Shown here: positions 8,929 to 17,657 of the stretch, piece by piece
How the letters are laid out: the number at the start of each line of letters is the position of its first letter
How positions within the stretch are numbered: the first letter of the stretch is position 1
Origin: Arthrobacter sp.
GTDB taxonomy: Bacteria > Actinomycetota > Actinomycetes > Actinomycetales > Micrococcaceae
Direction of reading: 5' to 3'
Length of the DNA: 64,000 nt
Assembly: GCA_036565085.1 (NCBI GenBank)
Contig: DATCNU010000027.1
Location: 2,846-66,845 of the forward strand
Position numbers and translations under genes: made by a program
Notes under the pieces: generated by a model
What the model was told of the DNA's origin: nothing
The model's input: only the letters and a program-made list of their open reading frames with translations
The model's database searches: none

Positions 8929-10986
8929 GTGACTCAGCTCATCACCACCGAACTGGTCGAGCTCGACCAGAACCTGGGCAGCTCGCCCGAGGACGTGATC
9001 CGGCACCTGGCCAGCAAAGTGGCTGCCACCGGACGCGCCACCGAAGCGGAAGGCCTGTTCGCCGACGCCTTCGCCCGCGAACAGAAAACCGCCACCGGCG
9101 TTCCCGGCGGCATTGCCATCCCGCACTGCCGCTCCGCGGCGGTCACGGTGCCCACGCTGGCCATGGCCCGGCTGTCCCAGCCAGTTGACTTCGGGGCCAA
9201 GGACGGCGCCGCGGACCTGATCTTCTTCATCGCCGCACCGGACGGCGCGGACCAGGAGCACCTCAAGCTCCTGTCCAAGCTCGCCCGCTCGCTGATCAAG
9301 AAGGACTTCACAGGGGCCCTGCGCTCCGCCTCCTCACCGGAAGAGATCGTGGAGCTGGTGGACGGCGCCCTCGCCGACAAGCCGGCCTCGCACGCTGCGG
9401 CCGCTCCTGTTGACGCCGCCGGCGGCGCTGCAGGAGAGGCTGACGCCGCTTCCGCTGTTGCGGGTACCGGTGCCGGCGGCGCCAGGCAAAAGCGGCTCGT
9501 TGCCGTGACTGCCTGCCCCACCGGAATCGCCCACACGTACATGGCGGCGGACTCTCTCGTCGCCGCCGCCCAGGAAATGGGCGTGGACCTGCAGGTCGAG
9601 ACGCAGGGGTCCTCAGGTGCCAAGCCCCTTGATCCCGCCGTCATCGCCGCAGCCGACGCCGTCATCTTCGCCGTGGATGTGGACGTCCGAGGCAAGGAGC
9701 GCTTCGCCGGAAAGCCCGTGATCAACGCACCCGTCAAGCGCGGCATCGATGAGCCCGCCAAGATGGTGCAGGAAGCACTCGCCGCGGCCGACAACCCGAA
9801 CGCACGCCGCGTCCCGCACTTCGGTGCGGAGGAGCAGGCTGCGAACGCGGAGATGGAAAAGGGCGAGCACATCGGCCAGAAGCTGAAGAAGGCCCTCCTC
9901 ACGGGCGTCAGCTACATGATCCCGTTCGTCGCCGGCGGTGGCCTGCTGATCGCCCTCGGCTTCCTGCTGGGCGGCTACGACATCGCACTGGGCACCAAGG
10001 CCAACGACATCCTCGCCCATAACACCCTGTTCAACCTGCCCGACGGCAACCTGGCCCTGTACCTGGGAACCGTGGCATTCAAGATCGGCGCCCTGTCCAT
10101 GGGCTTCCTGGTGCCCGCACTGGGCGGCTACATCGCATACGCGATCGCCGACCGTCCCGGCATCGCACCAGGTTTCGTTGCCGGCGCCGTGTCCGGCTTC
10201 ATGGGTGCCGGCTTCCTCGGCGGCATCGTCGGTGGCCTGCTGGCCGGCTACATCGCGCACCTGATCGGAACCTGGTCGGTTCCGCGCTGGCTCCGCGGCC
10301 TCATGCCGGTGGTGATCATCCCGCTGCTCGCCTCCATCGTGGCCTCCGGCCTGATGTTCCTGATCCTCGGTGGACCCATCGCCGCACTGACCACGGCCCT
10401 CAACGGCTGGCTCTCCGGCATGACCGGCGCATCCGCCATCGTCCTGGGCATCATCCTCGGCCTCATGATGTGCTTCGACCTCGGCGGCCCGGTCAACAAG
10501 GTTGCGTACGCCTTCGCTGTAGCCGGCTTGAGCGCCGGCAGCGTCAGCAACCAGGCGCCATGGCAGATCATGGCAGCCGTCATGGCATCGGGCATGGTCC
10601 CGCCGCTGGCAATGGCCCTGGCCACGGTCCTGGACAAGAAGGTCTTCAGCCTGGCCGAACGCGAGAACGGCAAGGCAGCGTGGCTGCTGGGAGCCTCCTT
10701 CATCTCGGAAGGCGCCATTCCGTTCGCCGCAGCCGATCCACTGCGCGTCATCCCCGCCAGCATGGTGGGCGGAGCCGTGACCGGCGCCCTGTGCATGGCC
10801 ACCGGCGTCACCTCGCAGGCACCGCACGGAGGCATCTTCGTGTTCTTCGCCATCGGCAACCTGCTGATGTTCGTCGTCGCCATCGTGGCCGGCACCGTGG
10901 TCAGCGCGCTGGCAGTCCTCGCTTTGAAGCGCTCGGCTGCCGCCAAGGCCGCTGCTACCGTGGAACCCGTTCCCGTAACGGTCTGA
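8929..10986 (+). CDS. fruA: Fructose-specific PTS EIIABC
   Basis: IIA GIAIPH, IIB VTACPTGIAHTYMAA, IIC GVSYMIPFV and FDLGGPVNK; GTG start after GAAAGGA. Confidence 0.93.
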   Translation: MTQLITTELVELDQNLGSSPEDVIRHLASKVAATGRATEAEGLFADAFAREQKTATGVPGGIAIPHCRSAAVTVPTLAMARLSQPVDFGAKDGAADLIFFIAAPDGADQEHLKLLSKLARSLIKKDFTGALRSASSPEEIVELVDGALADKPASHAAAAPVDAAGGAAGEADAASAVAGTGAGGARQKRLVAVTACPTGIAHTYMAADSLVAAAQEMGVDLQVETQGSSGAKPLDPAVIAAADAVIFAVDVDVRGKERFAGKPVINAPVKRGIDEPAKMVQEALAAADNPNARRVPHFGAEEQAANAEMEKGEHIGQKLKKALLTGVSYMIPFVAGGGLLIALGFLLGGYDIALGTKANDILAHNTLFNLPDGNLALYLGTVAFKIGALSMGFLVPALGGYIAYAIADRPGIAPGFVAGAVSGFMGAGFLGGIVGGLLAGYIAHLIGTWSVPRWLRGLMPVVIIPLLASIVASGLMFLILGGPIAALTTALNGWLSGMTGASAIVLGIILGLMMCFDLGGPVNKVAYAFAVAGLSAGSVSNQAPWQIMAAVMASGMVPPLAMALATVLDKKVFSLAERENGKAAWLLGASFISEGAIPFAAADPLRVIPASMVGGAVTGALCMATGVTSQAPHGGIFVFFAIGNLLMFVVAIVAGTVVSALAVLALKRSAAAKAAATVEPVPVTV

Positions 10987-11055
10987 CCGGCCCCACCCCC
11001 ACCACCCATCCACGGCGCTGAACCAACAGCCAGCCGAACGACAAAAGGAGCAAAA

Positions 11056-11334
11056 ATGTCAGAACGCACTGCAACCGTCGCCAGTCGCGTCGGTCTTCAC
11101 GCCCGCCCCGCTGCCATCTTCGCCGAGGCGGCCGGCGAGTTTGATTTGGACATCACCATCGCCCGCGAAGGCGAGCCGGCCGATGAAGCAATGGACGCCG
11201 CCAGCATCCTGTCCCTCATGAGCCTGGGTGCATCGCACGGCGATGTTGTGGTGCTGCGCGCCGAGGGTACAGGCGCTGACGATGCGCTGGACCGCCTGGT
11301 CCGGATTCTGGAAACGGATCACGACGCCGAGTAG
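11056..11334 (+). CDS. ptsH: HPr phosphocarrier
   Basis: GLHARPAA (His15), AASILSLMSLG; AAGGAG RBS. Confidence 0.93.
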   Translation: MSERTATVASRVGLHARPAAIFAEAAGEFDLDITIAREGEPADEAMDAASILSLMSLGASHGDVVVLRAEGTGADDALDRLVRILETDHDAE

Positions 11335-11344
11335 CGCTGCCTGC

Positions 11345-11398
11345 CGACGGCCGCCGTCGCGCCTCTACCCATGGGTACAGGTGCGACGGCGGCCGTCG
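11345..11398. terminator. Long hairpin between convergent ptsH and SRPBCC genes (probable bidirectional terminator)
   Basis: CGACGGCCGCCGTCGC...TACCC-AT-GGGTA...GCGACGGCGGCCGTCG. Confidence 0.7.
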
Positions 11399-11445
11399 CT
11401 GGTTAAGCGCCGCCGGGCCGTTTGCTGAGCCCACCACTTGGCCCG

Positions 11446-11880
11446 CTACTTGGCCCGCTCGGCAATCCTCTTCACGTCCGCCACGAGCATGTCCCACATG
11501 CCCTGGGAGTGTTGGGCAGCCTGTTCGCTGGGGTTGTTGTCCTGAGAGAGTGTGAGGCGTGTTGCCCCTCCCTCGTCCTCGAGCGTCCACGTCAGCGTGT
11601 GGTAGTTCTCGGGGACCTCCTCCTCGCCGCCCAGGGGACTGTAATGCGTGTGGACGAGGCGCTTCCCGGGTACAAACTCCAGGATTGTTCCCTTGTCCTC
11701 ATAGTCCTTGCCCTCCCATTCGCCGCGCCACAGTATTGGCCCGCCCACGGTCCAGTCGGTCACCAGCTCGGTGCCGAACATGAATTCCTTGACGGCCGCA
11801 GGGTCAGTGATCACGTCCCACACGCGGTCCGGCGGAGCATCGATGCTGACGGCCGACGACGCAATATAGTTTCCTGCCAC
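11446..11880 (-). CDS. SRPBCC (AHSA1-like) domain protein
   Basis: IDAPPDRVWDVITDP, T-D-W-x-x-G, C-terminal GMW helix; AAGGAG RBS. Confidence 0.85.
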   Translation of the reverse strand: MAGNYIASSAVSIDAPPDRVWDVITDPAAVKEFMFGTELVTDWTVGGPILWRGEWEGKDYEDKGTILEFVPGKRLVHTHYSPLGGEEEVPENYHTLTWTLEDEGGATRLTLSQDNNPSEQAAQHSQGMWDMLVADVKRIAERAK

Positions 11881-11928
11881 GAAACTCTCCTTCTGTGGTT
11901 CAGACGGTCAGTCCGCCTGGCACCGAGA

Positions 11929-12390
11929 CTACTCCGGGGACCGGGTCGGACCCGGCTCGAGAGCCCGTTTGAGGTTCCGCAGATTCTTCGGGAGCTGCCT
12001 CCTGGCTGCGAACCCTGCCACGCTGGGAATGAAGAACCTGCCTATGCCATGGCCCTCGAAATCCATGTCGATGGTGACCCTGGCCTGCTGACCGTCCTGG
12101 ACCGGTTCGATGGTGCCATGGACGTTGGCTACCAGCGGGCCCCCGATGCCCTGAACCGTCCAGGTCCGTGGCGGGTGGTACCGCCTGATCGACTCCGTCC
12201 TCGCCAGTTTGCGCGGGCCGACCCTCCGGACAACATTTGCGCTGGCACCTTCGCCCTCAGAAGGCTCCCCGAACGGGCTTGCCGATACTGCACCGACCTG
12301 CCACTCAGGGAACCTGCGGAAGTCTGTCGCGTAGGAGAAAACCTCCTCAGGCCGCCGCGCCACCTGGATACTCTGCCGGATCGCTTTCAT
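11929..12390 (-). CDS. SRPBCC/polyketide cyclase-like protein
   Basis: IQVARRPEEVFSYATDFRRFPEWQ ... NLRNLKRALE; start placed at MKAIRQ. Confidence 0.75.
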   Translation of the reverse strand: MKAIRQSIQVARRPEEVFSYATDFRRFPEWQVGAVSASPFGEPSEGEGASANVVRRVGPRKLARTESIRRYHPPRTWTVQGIGGPLVANVHGTIEPVQDGQQARVTIDMDFEGHGIGRFFIPSVAGFAARRQLPKNLRNLKRALEPGPTRSPE

Positions 12391-12585
12391 CGATATCCCC
12401 TGACAATGGTGAACAAGCCCCTGTATCGATTTTATCGCCGCTGCGCCGGCCTGGCGGCGGTCATTGCACAATTCCGGGAGGCGGCAATCGACCGGGAACC
12501 GGCCATCCTTGTTTTCACTCAGGACCGGAATTAGCGTGGAAGCCTGACCCAACGTCAGCAGCGGAGAGTGTTGAAGGAGATTGAC

Positions 12586-12852
12586 ATGCCCGGCAAGAAA
12601 AACCCGAGCCTGAAGGATCCTGAGTTATATGAGGAGCTGCGCGAGGACGGGGCATCCAAGCAGAAAGCCGCCCGCATCTCCAATGCCGCCGCCAAAAAGG
12701 GGCGGTCCGCAGCGGGCCGCAAAGGCGGCAAGTCCGGCGACTACCAGGACTGGACTGTCCCCCAGCTGAAGGCCAAGGCGAAGGAGATAGGCCTCACCGG
12801 CTACTCGGCGAAAAAGAAGAGCGAGCTCATCTCCGCCCTCCGGAACTCCTAG
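12586..12852 (+). CDS. Small basic protein with a Rho-termination-factor N-terminal-like domain
   Basis: [27 protein letters not shown] and [31 protein letters not shown]; AAGGAG RBS. Confidence 0.82.
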   Translation: MPGKKNPSLKDPELYEELREDGASKQKAARISNAAAKKGRSAAGRKGGKSGDYQDWTVPQLKAKAKEIGLTGYSAKKKSELISALRNS

Positions 12853-12924
12853 GCGCCGGCCATCTCCGGACCAGCCGCGGGACCGCGGACCTGCCCGGCC
12901 GCCCTCGCGTCAGGGACCTTTGGG

Positions 12925-13968
12925 TCAGGCACCTTTGCGTGCCCGGGTGGCGGACGCCTTGGCAGACGCGGCTGGCTCCGACTTCGGCGCGGCCTTGCGT
13001 GCGGTGGTCTTGGCGGCCGTGGCCTTGGCGGCCGTCCTGGTTCCGTCCGATGTGGACGCCGGGCTCTTCGACGCGGCCCTCTTGGCCGGAGTCTTGGTGG
13101 CCGTCCTGTCCCCGGACCGGGCTCCGGAACCGGCAGCAGCCTCATCCGCCTCGTCGGCGGCAGTGGATGCGTCGGAACCGCCTCCGCGCCTCCGGTCCAG
13201 GCTGCGCTTGAGGGCCTCCATCAGGTCGATCACCTCGCCCTTGCCGGCCTCGCCTGCCCCGACGCCGAAGGTTTCCTCGGTGTCCAGCGAATCACCCTTC
13301 TCCAGTTTTGCGTCGATGAGCTGGCGGAGCTGGACCTGGTATTCATCGGTGAAGTTATCGGGTTCGAAATCGCCGGCCATGGAGTCCACCAGGGCAGCGG
13401 ACATCTCGCGTTCCTGGGGGGAGATCCGGATGGACGCCTCAAGGGCCGGGAAGCTCGCCTCCCGCACCTCGTCAGACCACAACAAGGACTGCAGCACCAG
13501 CACATCGCCACGGATACGCAGGGCTCCCAGCCGGGTCTTCTCCCGCAGGGCGAACTGGACGATGGCCACCCGATCCGTATCCTCAAGCGCACGGCGCAGC
13601 AGCACGTACGCCTTGGGAGACCTGGAGTCCGGCTCCAGGTAGTAGCTCTTCTCGAACGTCATCGGATCCAGCTGCCCGGACGGCACAAACTGGACCACTT
13701 CGATCTCGTGGCTGTTCTCCGCAGGGATAGATTTGAGTTCCTCCCTGGACAGAACCACAGTCCTGCCGTCGTCCTCGTAAGCCTTCTCAATATCCGAGTA
13801 ATCGATGACCTTGCTGCAGACCTCACAGCGGCGCTGGTACCTGATCCGGCCACCGTCGGCGTTGTGGACCTGGTGGAGGCTGATGTCATGGTCCTCGGTG
13901 GCGCTGTAGACCTTAACTGGCACATTGACCAGGCCGAACGCGATGGCACCTTTCCAGATGGCTCTCAT
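12925..13968 (-). CDS. ku: NHEJ DNA end-binding protein Ku with an Ala/Lys-rich tail
   Basis: MRAIWKGAIAFGLVNVPVK, YYLEP, VIDLMEALKRSL, AAKxT tail. Confidence 0.96.
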   Translation of the reverse strand: MRAIWKGAIAFGLVNVPVKVYSATEDHDISLHQVHNADGGRIRYQRRCEVCSKVIDYSDIEKAYEDDGRTVVLSREELKSIPAENSHEIEVVQFVPSGQLDPMTFEKSYYLEPDSRSPKAYVLLRRALEDTDRVAIVQFALREKTRLGALRIRGDVLVLQSLLWSDEVREASFPALEASIRISPQEREMSAALVDSMAGDFEPDNFTDEYQVQLRQLIDAKLEKGDSLDTEETFGVGAGEAGKGEVIDLMEALKRSLDRRRGGGSDASTAADEADEAAAGSGARSGDRTATKTPAKRAASKSPASTSDGTRTAAKATAAKTTARKAAPKSEPAASAKASATRARKGA

Positions 13969-14008
13969 CCCTCAAGTGAACATCAGTCTTGGCCGGAGGT
14001 GAAGACCC

Positions 14009-16462
14009 ATGGCCGGTCCTAGGGAGCGGGTGAGGATTGCCGGACGTGAACTGACCCTGACCAACCTGGACAAAATCATCTACCCCCGGACCGGCACTAC
14101 CAAGGCCGACGTCCTGGCCTACTACGCCGCGGTGGCGCACGTCCTGATTCCCGCGGCGGCCAACCGCCCGGCAACCCGCAAGCGGTGGGTCAACGGTGTG
14201 GGCACGGCTGAGAAGCCCGGCGAGGTGTTCTTCCAGAAGAACCTGGAGGAGTCTGCGCCGGGCTGGATCCCACGCGCTGCCATCACGCACAAGGACAGGA
14301 CTATCTTCTATCCGCTGGTCAACGATCCCGCTACCCTTACGTGGTTCGGCCAGATCAACTCGCTGGAAATCCACGTGCCACAGTGGCAGGTGGATTCGCA
14401 CGGCAAGCAGCTCAACCCGGACCGGCTGGTGCTGGATTTGGACCCGGGCGAAGGCGCCGGCCTGGAGGAATGCGCCGAAGTTGCCTTCCTGGCCCGCGCC
14501 ATCCTTCAGGACGTGGGGCTGGACCCCGTTCCCGTGACCAGTGGCAGCAAGGGAATCCACCTCTACGCGGGCCTTGACGGAGCCCGGACCTCGGACCAGA
14601 TTTCAGACTTTGCCCACGAGCTGGCGCGGGCACTGGAGGCCGACCACCCCATGCTGGCCGTCAGCGATATGAAGAAAACGCTGCGCCAAGGCAAGGTGCT
14701 GGTGGACTGGAGCCAGAACAGCGCCGCCAAGACCACCATCGTGCCGTATTCCTTGCGCGGCCGCCCTACGCCCATGGTGGCTGCTCCGAGGACCTGGCGC
14801 GAGCTCAGCTCCCCCAACCTCAAGCAGCTCGACTACAAAGCCGTGATGCGCCGGGTCAAGGCGGGCAAGGACCCTTTTACCGCCGTCGAGACCCGGACCG
14901 GCCATCCTGGGAGCCCCGGAGAAGCCCACGACGACGCCGGCGGGCATCCCCGTCTTGAACGGTACCGTTCGATGCGCGATCCGAAGGCGACGCCGGAACC
15001 TTTCACCGGCGCCGGGGGCGCGGGGGATTCGTTTGTCATCCAGGAACACCACGCCCGCCGCCCGCATTTCGACTTCCGGCTGGAGCACGAAGGGGTGCTG
15101 GTGTCCTGGGCCCTTCCCAAAGGCGTTCCGGATTCCGGTGGCAAGAACCATCTGGCGGTCCAGACCGAGGACCATCCCATGGATTACGCCACGTTCGAAG
15201 GGACCATTCCGCAGGGACAGTATGGTGCGGGGGAAGTCAGCATCTGGGACCACGGAACGTATGAACTCGACAAATGGATCAACGGGAGGGAAGTCATTGC
15301 CACCCTGACCGGGGCCGAAGGCGGCGGGCTCGGCGGGACCAGGAAGTTCGCCCTGATCCATACCGGGCGGGGACAGGGCAAGGATGCCGAGGCACAATGG
15401 CTCATCCACCTTATGGACAAGGACCCAGGCCACCACGGCGCGGCTTCCCCGGCAGAGTCCTCCGAGCCCGAATCCCCGGCGGAGGCCGCTGCCGGCGCCT
15501 CGGCACAGGATTTCAAACCCATGCTGGCCACGGCCGGGACCGTCGCCGATCTCCAAGGCAGCGACGACTGGCAGTTCGAGCTCAAATGGGACGGCGTCCG
15601 CGCACTCGTGGTCGCCGATGAGAAGAAGATCCGCATCTTCAGCCGCAACGGCAACGACGTGACGGCCACGTATCCGGAACTGGCAGACCGGAACTGCTGG
15701 CCGCGGCGGGCGTTCGTCGCCGACGGCGAGATCATCGCCGTCGGACCTTCCGGCAGGCCCGATTTCGGGCTCCTGCAGGGACGGATGAAACTGACCCGCC
15801 CCGCCGACATCCGGAAGGCGCGTGCCGCCATCCCCGTCCGGCTGATGCTTTTCGACCTCCTGTCCGAGGGCGGCGAGGACCTCCGCCGGCGCCCTCTGGG
15901 GGATCGGCGGCGACGGCTGGAGGAGTTCTTCACCCCGTCGGACTGCCCGGTTGAACTGTCCCCTGTCCTGGATGAACGGATAGACCACATCCTGGAGAGC
16001 GCGCAGGAACTCGGCCTGGAGGGAGTACTGGCAAAGCGGACCGACAGCCGCTACGCCGGCGGCCAGCGGACCCGGACATGGATCAAGATCAAACTTGAAC
16101 AGACCCAGGAAGTGGTGGTGGGCGGCTGGCGTCCAGGCAAGGGCAGCAGGCAAGGCTCGGTGGGCTCACTGCTGGTGGGCATCCCCGAGGGCAGGAACCT
16201 GCGCTATGTGGGCCGGGTGGGCAGCGGCTTCAGTACGCGGGAACTGACTGAACTGCGGCGAAAGGTGGATGCCCTCGCCCGGAAGACCTCGCCGTTCGAC
16301 GACGTTCCGAGGGAGGATGCCGCGGACGCGAACTGGGTCACGCCACGGCTCGTCGGTGAAGTGACGTTCGGCGAGTGGACGGGGGGCGGAAAGCTCCGGC
16401 ACCCCGTCTGGCGCGGCTGGCGGCTGGACAAGGACCCGGGGGATGTGGTGCCGGAAAGCTAG
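14009..16462 (+). CDS. ligD: NHEJ DNA ligase D (primase-polymerase, phosphoesterase, ATP-dependent ligase)
   Basis: LTNLDK, PDRLVLDLDP, SGSKGIH; FVIQEHHARRPHFDFRLE; ELKWDG, EGVLAK, WIKIK, VGSGF. Confidence 0.96.
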   Translation: MAGPRERVRIAGRELTLTNLDKIIYPRTGTTKADVLAYYAAVAHVLIPAAANRPATRKRWVNGVGTAEKPGEVFFQKNLEESAPGWIPRAAITHKDRTIFYPLVNDPATLTWFGQINSLEIHVPQWQVDSHGKQLNPDRLVLDLDPGEGAGLEECAEVAFLARAILQDVGLDPVPVTSGSKGIHLYAGLDGARTSDQISDFAHELARALEADHPMLAVSDMKKTLRQGKVLVDWSQNSAAKTTIVPYSLRGRPTPMVAAPRTWRELSSPNLKQLDYKAVMRRVKAGKDPFTAVETRTGHPGSPGEAHDDAGGHPRLERYRSMRDPKATPEPFTGAGGAGDSFVIQEHHARRPHFDFRLEHEGVLVSWALPKGVPDSGGKNHLAVQTEDHPMDYATFEGTIPQGQYGAGEVSIWDHGTYELDKWINGREVIATLTGAEGGGLGGTRKFALIHTGRGQGKDAEAQWLIHLMDKDPGHHGAASPAESSEPESPAEAAAGASAQDFKPMLATAGTVADLQGSDDWQFELKWDGVRALVVADEKKIRIFSRNGNDVTATYPELADRNCWPRRAFVADGEIIAVGPSGRPDFGLLQGRMKLTRPADIRKARAAIPVRLMLFDLLSEGGEDLRRRPLGDRRRRLEEFFTPSDCPVELSPVLDERIDHILESAQELGLEGVLAKRTDSRYAGGQRTRTWIKIKLEQTQEVVVGGWRPGKGSRQGSVGSLLVGIPEGRNLRYVGRVGSGFSTRELTELRRKVDALARKTSPFDDVPREDAADANWVTPRLVGEVTFGEWTGGGKLRHPVWRGWRLDKDPGDVVPES

Positions 16463-16485
16463 CTCCTGGAAGCCAGGAAAAATGA

Positions 16486-16518
16486 CCTGGTGACACCGGT
16501 TTTCCCGATGTCACCAGG
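16486..16518. terminator. Hairpin after ligD, between convergent genes
   Basis: CCTGGTGACA...TGTCACCAGG. Confidence 0.55.
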
Positions 16519-16552
16519 CAATATTCCGCGTCACAGGGCTGTTTGCGACGCC

Positions 16553-16813
16553 TCAGGACGAGTGCGGCATTTGCGGCCGGCCGGTACGGTGGATGGCCGT
16601 TACTGCGGCCTCATGTCCCATCCGGCCATGCTCTGCCCCGCGTTCCTTGGGGTGCCGCTTCTTCCCGTTGCCGTCGGGCCAATGCTGTTCCCCGGCCAGC
16701 ATGCCGGTCCCCGCGTACGTGGCCGGCCCCGGCGCTGGCGGTGTTTCCATGGCGGCTGCCAAGTGGCTCGCAACCTCCGGTTCGATCTTTGCTTCTGTAT
16801 GTTTATCAGCCAT
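16553..16813 (-). CDS. Small hydrophilic hypothetical protein
   Basis: 86-aa ORF with GAGAGGAAG RBS; no recognisable domain. Confidence 0.55.
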   Translation of the reverse strand: MADKHTEAKIEPEVASHLAAAMETPPAPGPATYAGTGMLAGEQHWPDGNGKKRHPKERGAEHGRMGHEAAVTAIHRTGRPQMPHSS

Positions 16814-16882
16814 TTTTCTTCCTCTCCGCAGTGAAATGAAGTGTCCGGGACAACAGGTTCGCAGTACCTTCCGACGCCGGAT

Positions 16883-17179
16883 CTACCAGCGGACCTTCTT
16901 CTCAGCCGGGCCTTGTTTGCCGCTGGCATGGGTGGGTTTATGGCTTTTGCCCACACTCGTCAGCCCTGCGTCCCCGCCCCGTGATTTGCTGGCGAGCATT
17001 GCCCTTTGCGCTTCAGTCAGCCGGGACCTCACTCCGCGGGACTCGGGCGTGTCGTTGGCCTGGGACGTGCCGTTGGACTCCGTCGTGTCCTTGGACTCCG
17101 GCCTGTCGGGTTGGGCGGGTGTTACCGGGGCGTCAGCGGCTCTGGGACGCGGCGTGCTCTGGGACTCATGCTCAGTCAT
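16883..17179 (-). CDS. Small, probably disordered hypothetical protein
   Basis: 98-aa ORF with GAAAGG RBS; rich in S/T/P/E/K, with a basic C-terminus. Confidence 0.65.
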   Translation of the reverse strand: MTEHESQSTPRPRAADAPVTPAQPDRPESKDTTESNGTSQANDTPESRGVRSRLTEAQRAMLASKSRGGDAGLTSVGKSHKPTHASGKQGPAEKKVRW

Positions 17180-17657
17180 TGATGGAACCTTTCCGAGGAG
17201 GATCAGCGTGTCTGGCGGGATCGGGAGGACCGGGGCTGGCCGAACCAGGCCGCAGGGGCCCGCCTACTCAAGAATCAGTGTTCCCATGGCACCACAATAG
17301 GCAGCATTCCGGTGGCTTGTGAACCCCCGGTTTGGAGGCGCAAAGTGCCTCACAGGGCGTCCGGAGAAGTCCGTGGCCGCCATCACTTTCAGGGCCAGAC
17401 GAGAAGCCAAAAGCCGCCAAAGTGTGGGCTGGAAGAAAAAAGTTGCGCGACGGTGTGGCCTGAACAGCCCGATGCCAGTGATGGCGGGGCGAGGGGAGCG
17501 AAAACAAATCGTATCCAAGCGGCCAAAACCGTCCTGAAACACACGATCCTACGCCCTCCAGCTCTGGGCCGGCACGGAATTCGCGTAAAATTGAAAGCCT
17601 GCCCAGAGCGGGGCAGCTACAAGTCGCAAGCAAATGACCTCCATAGGAGTCGCCCAA

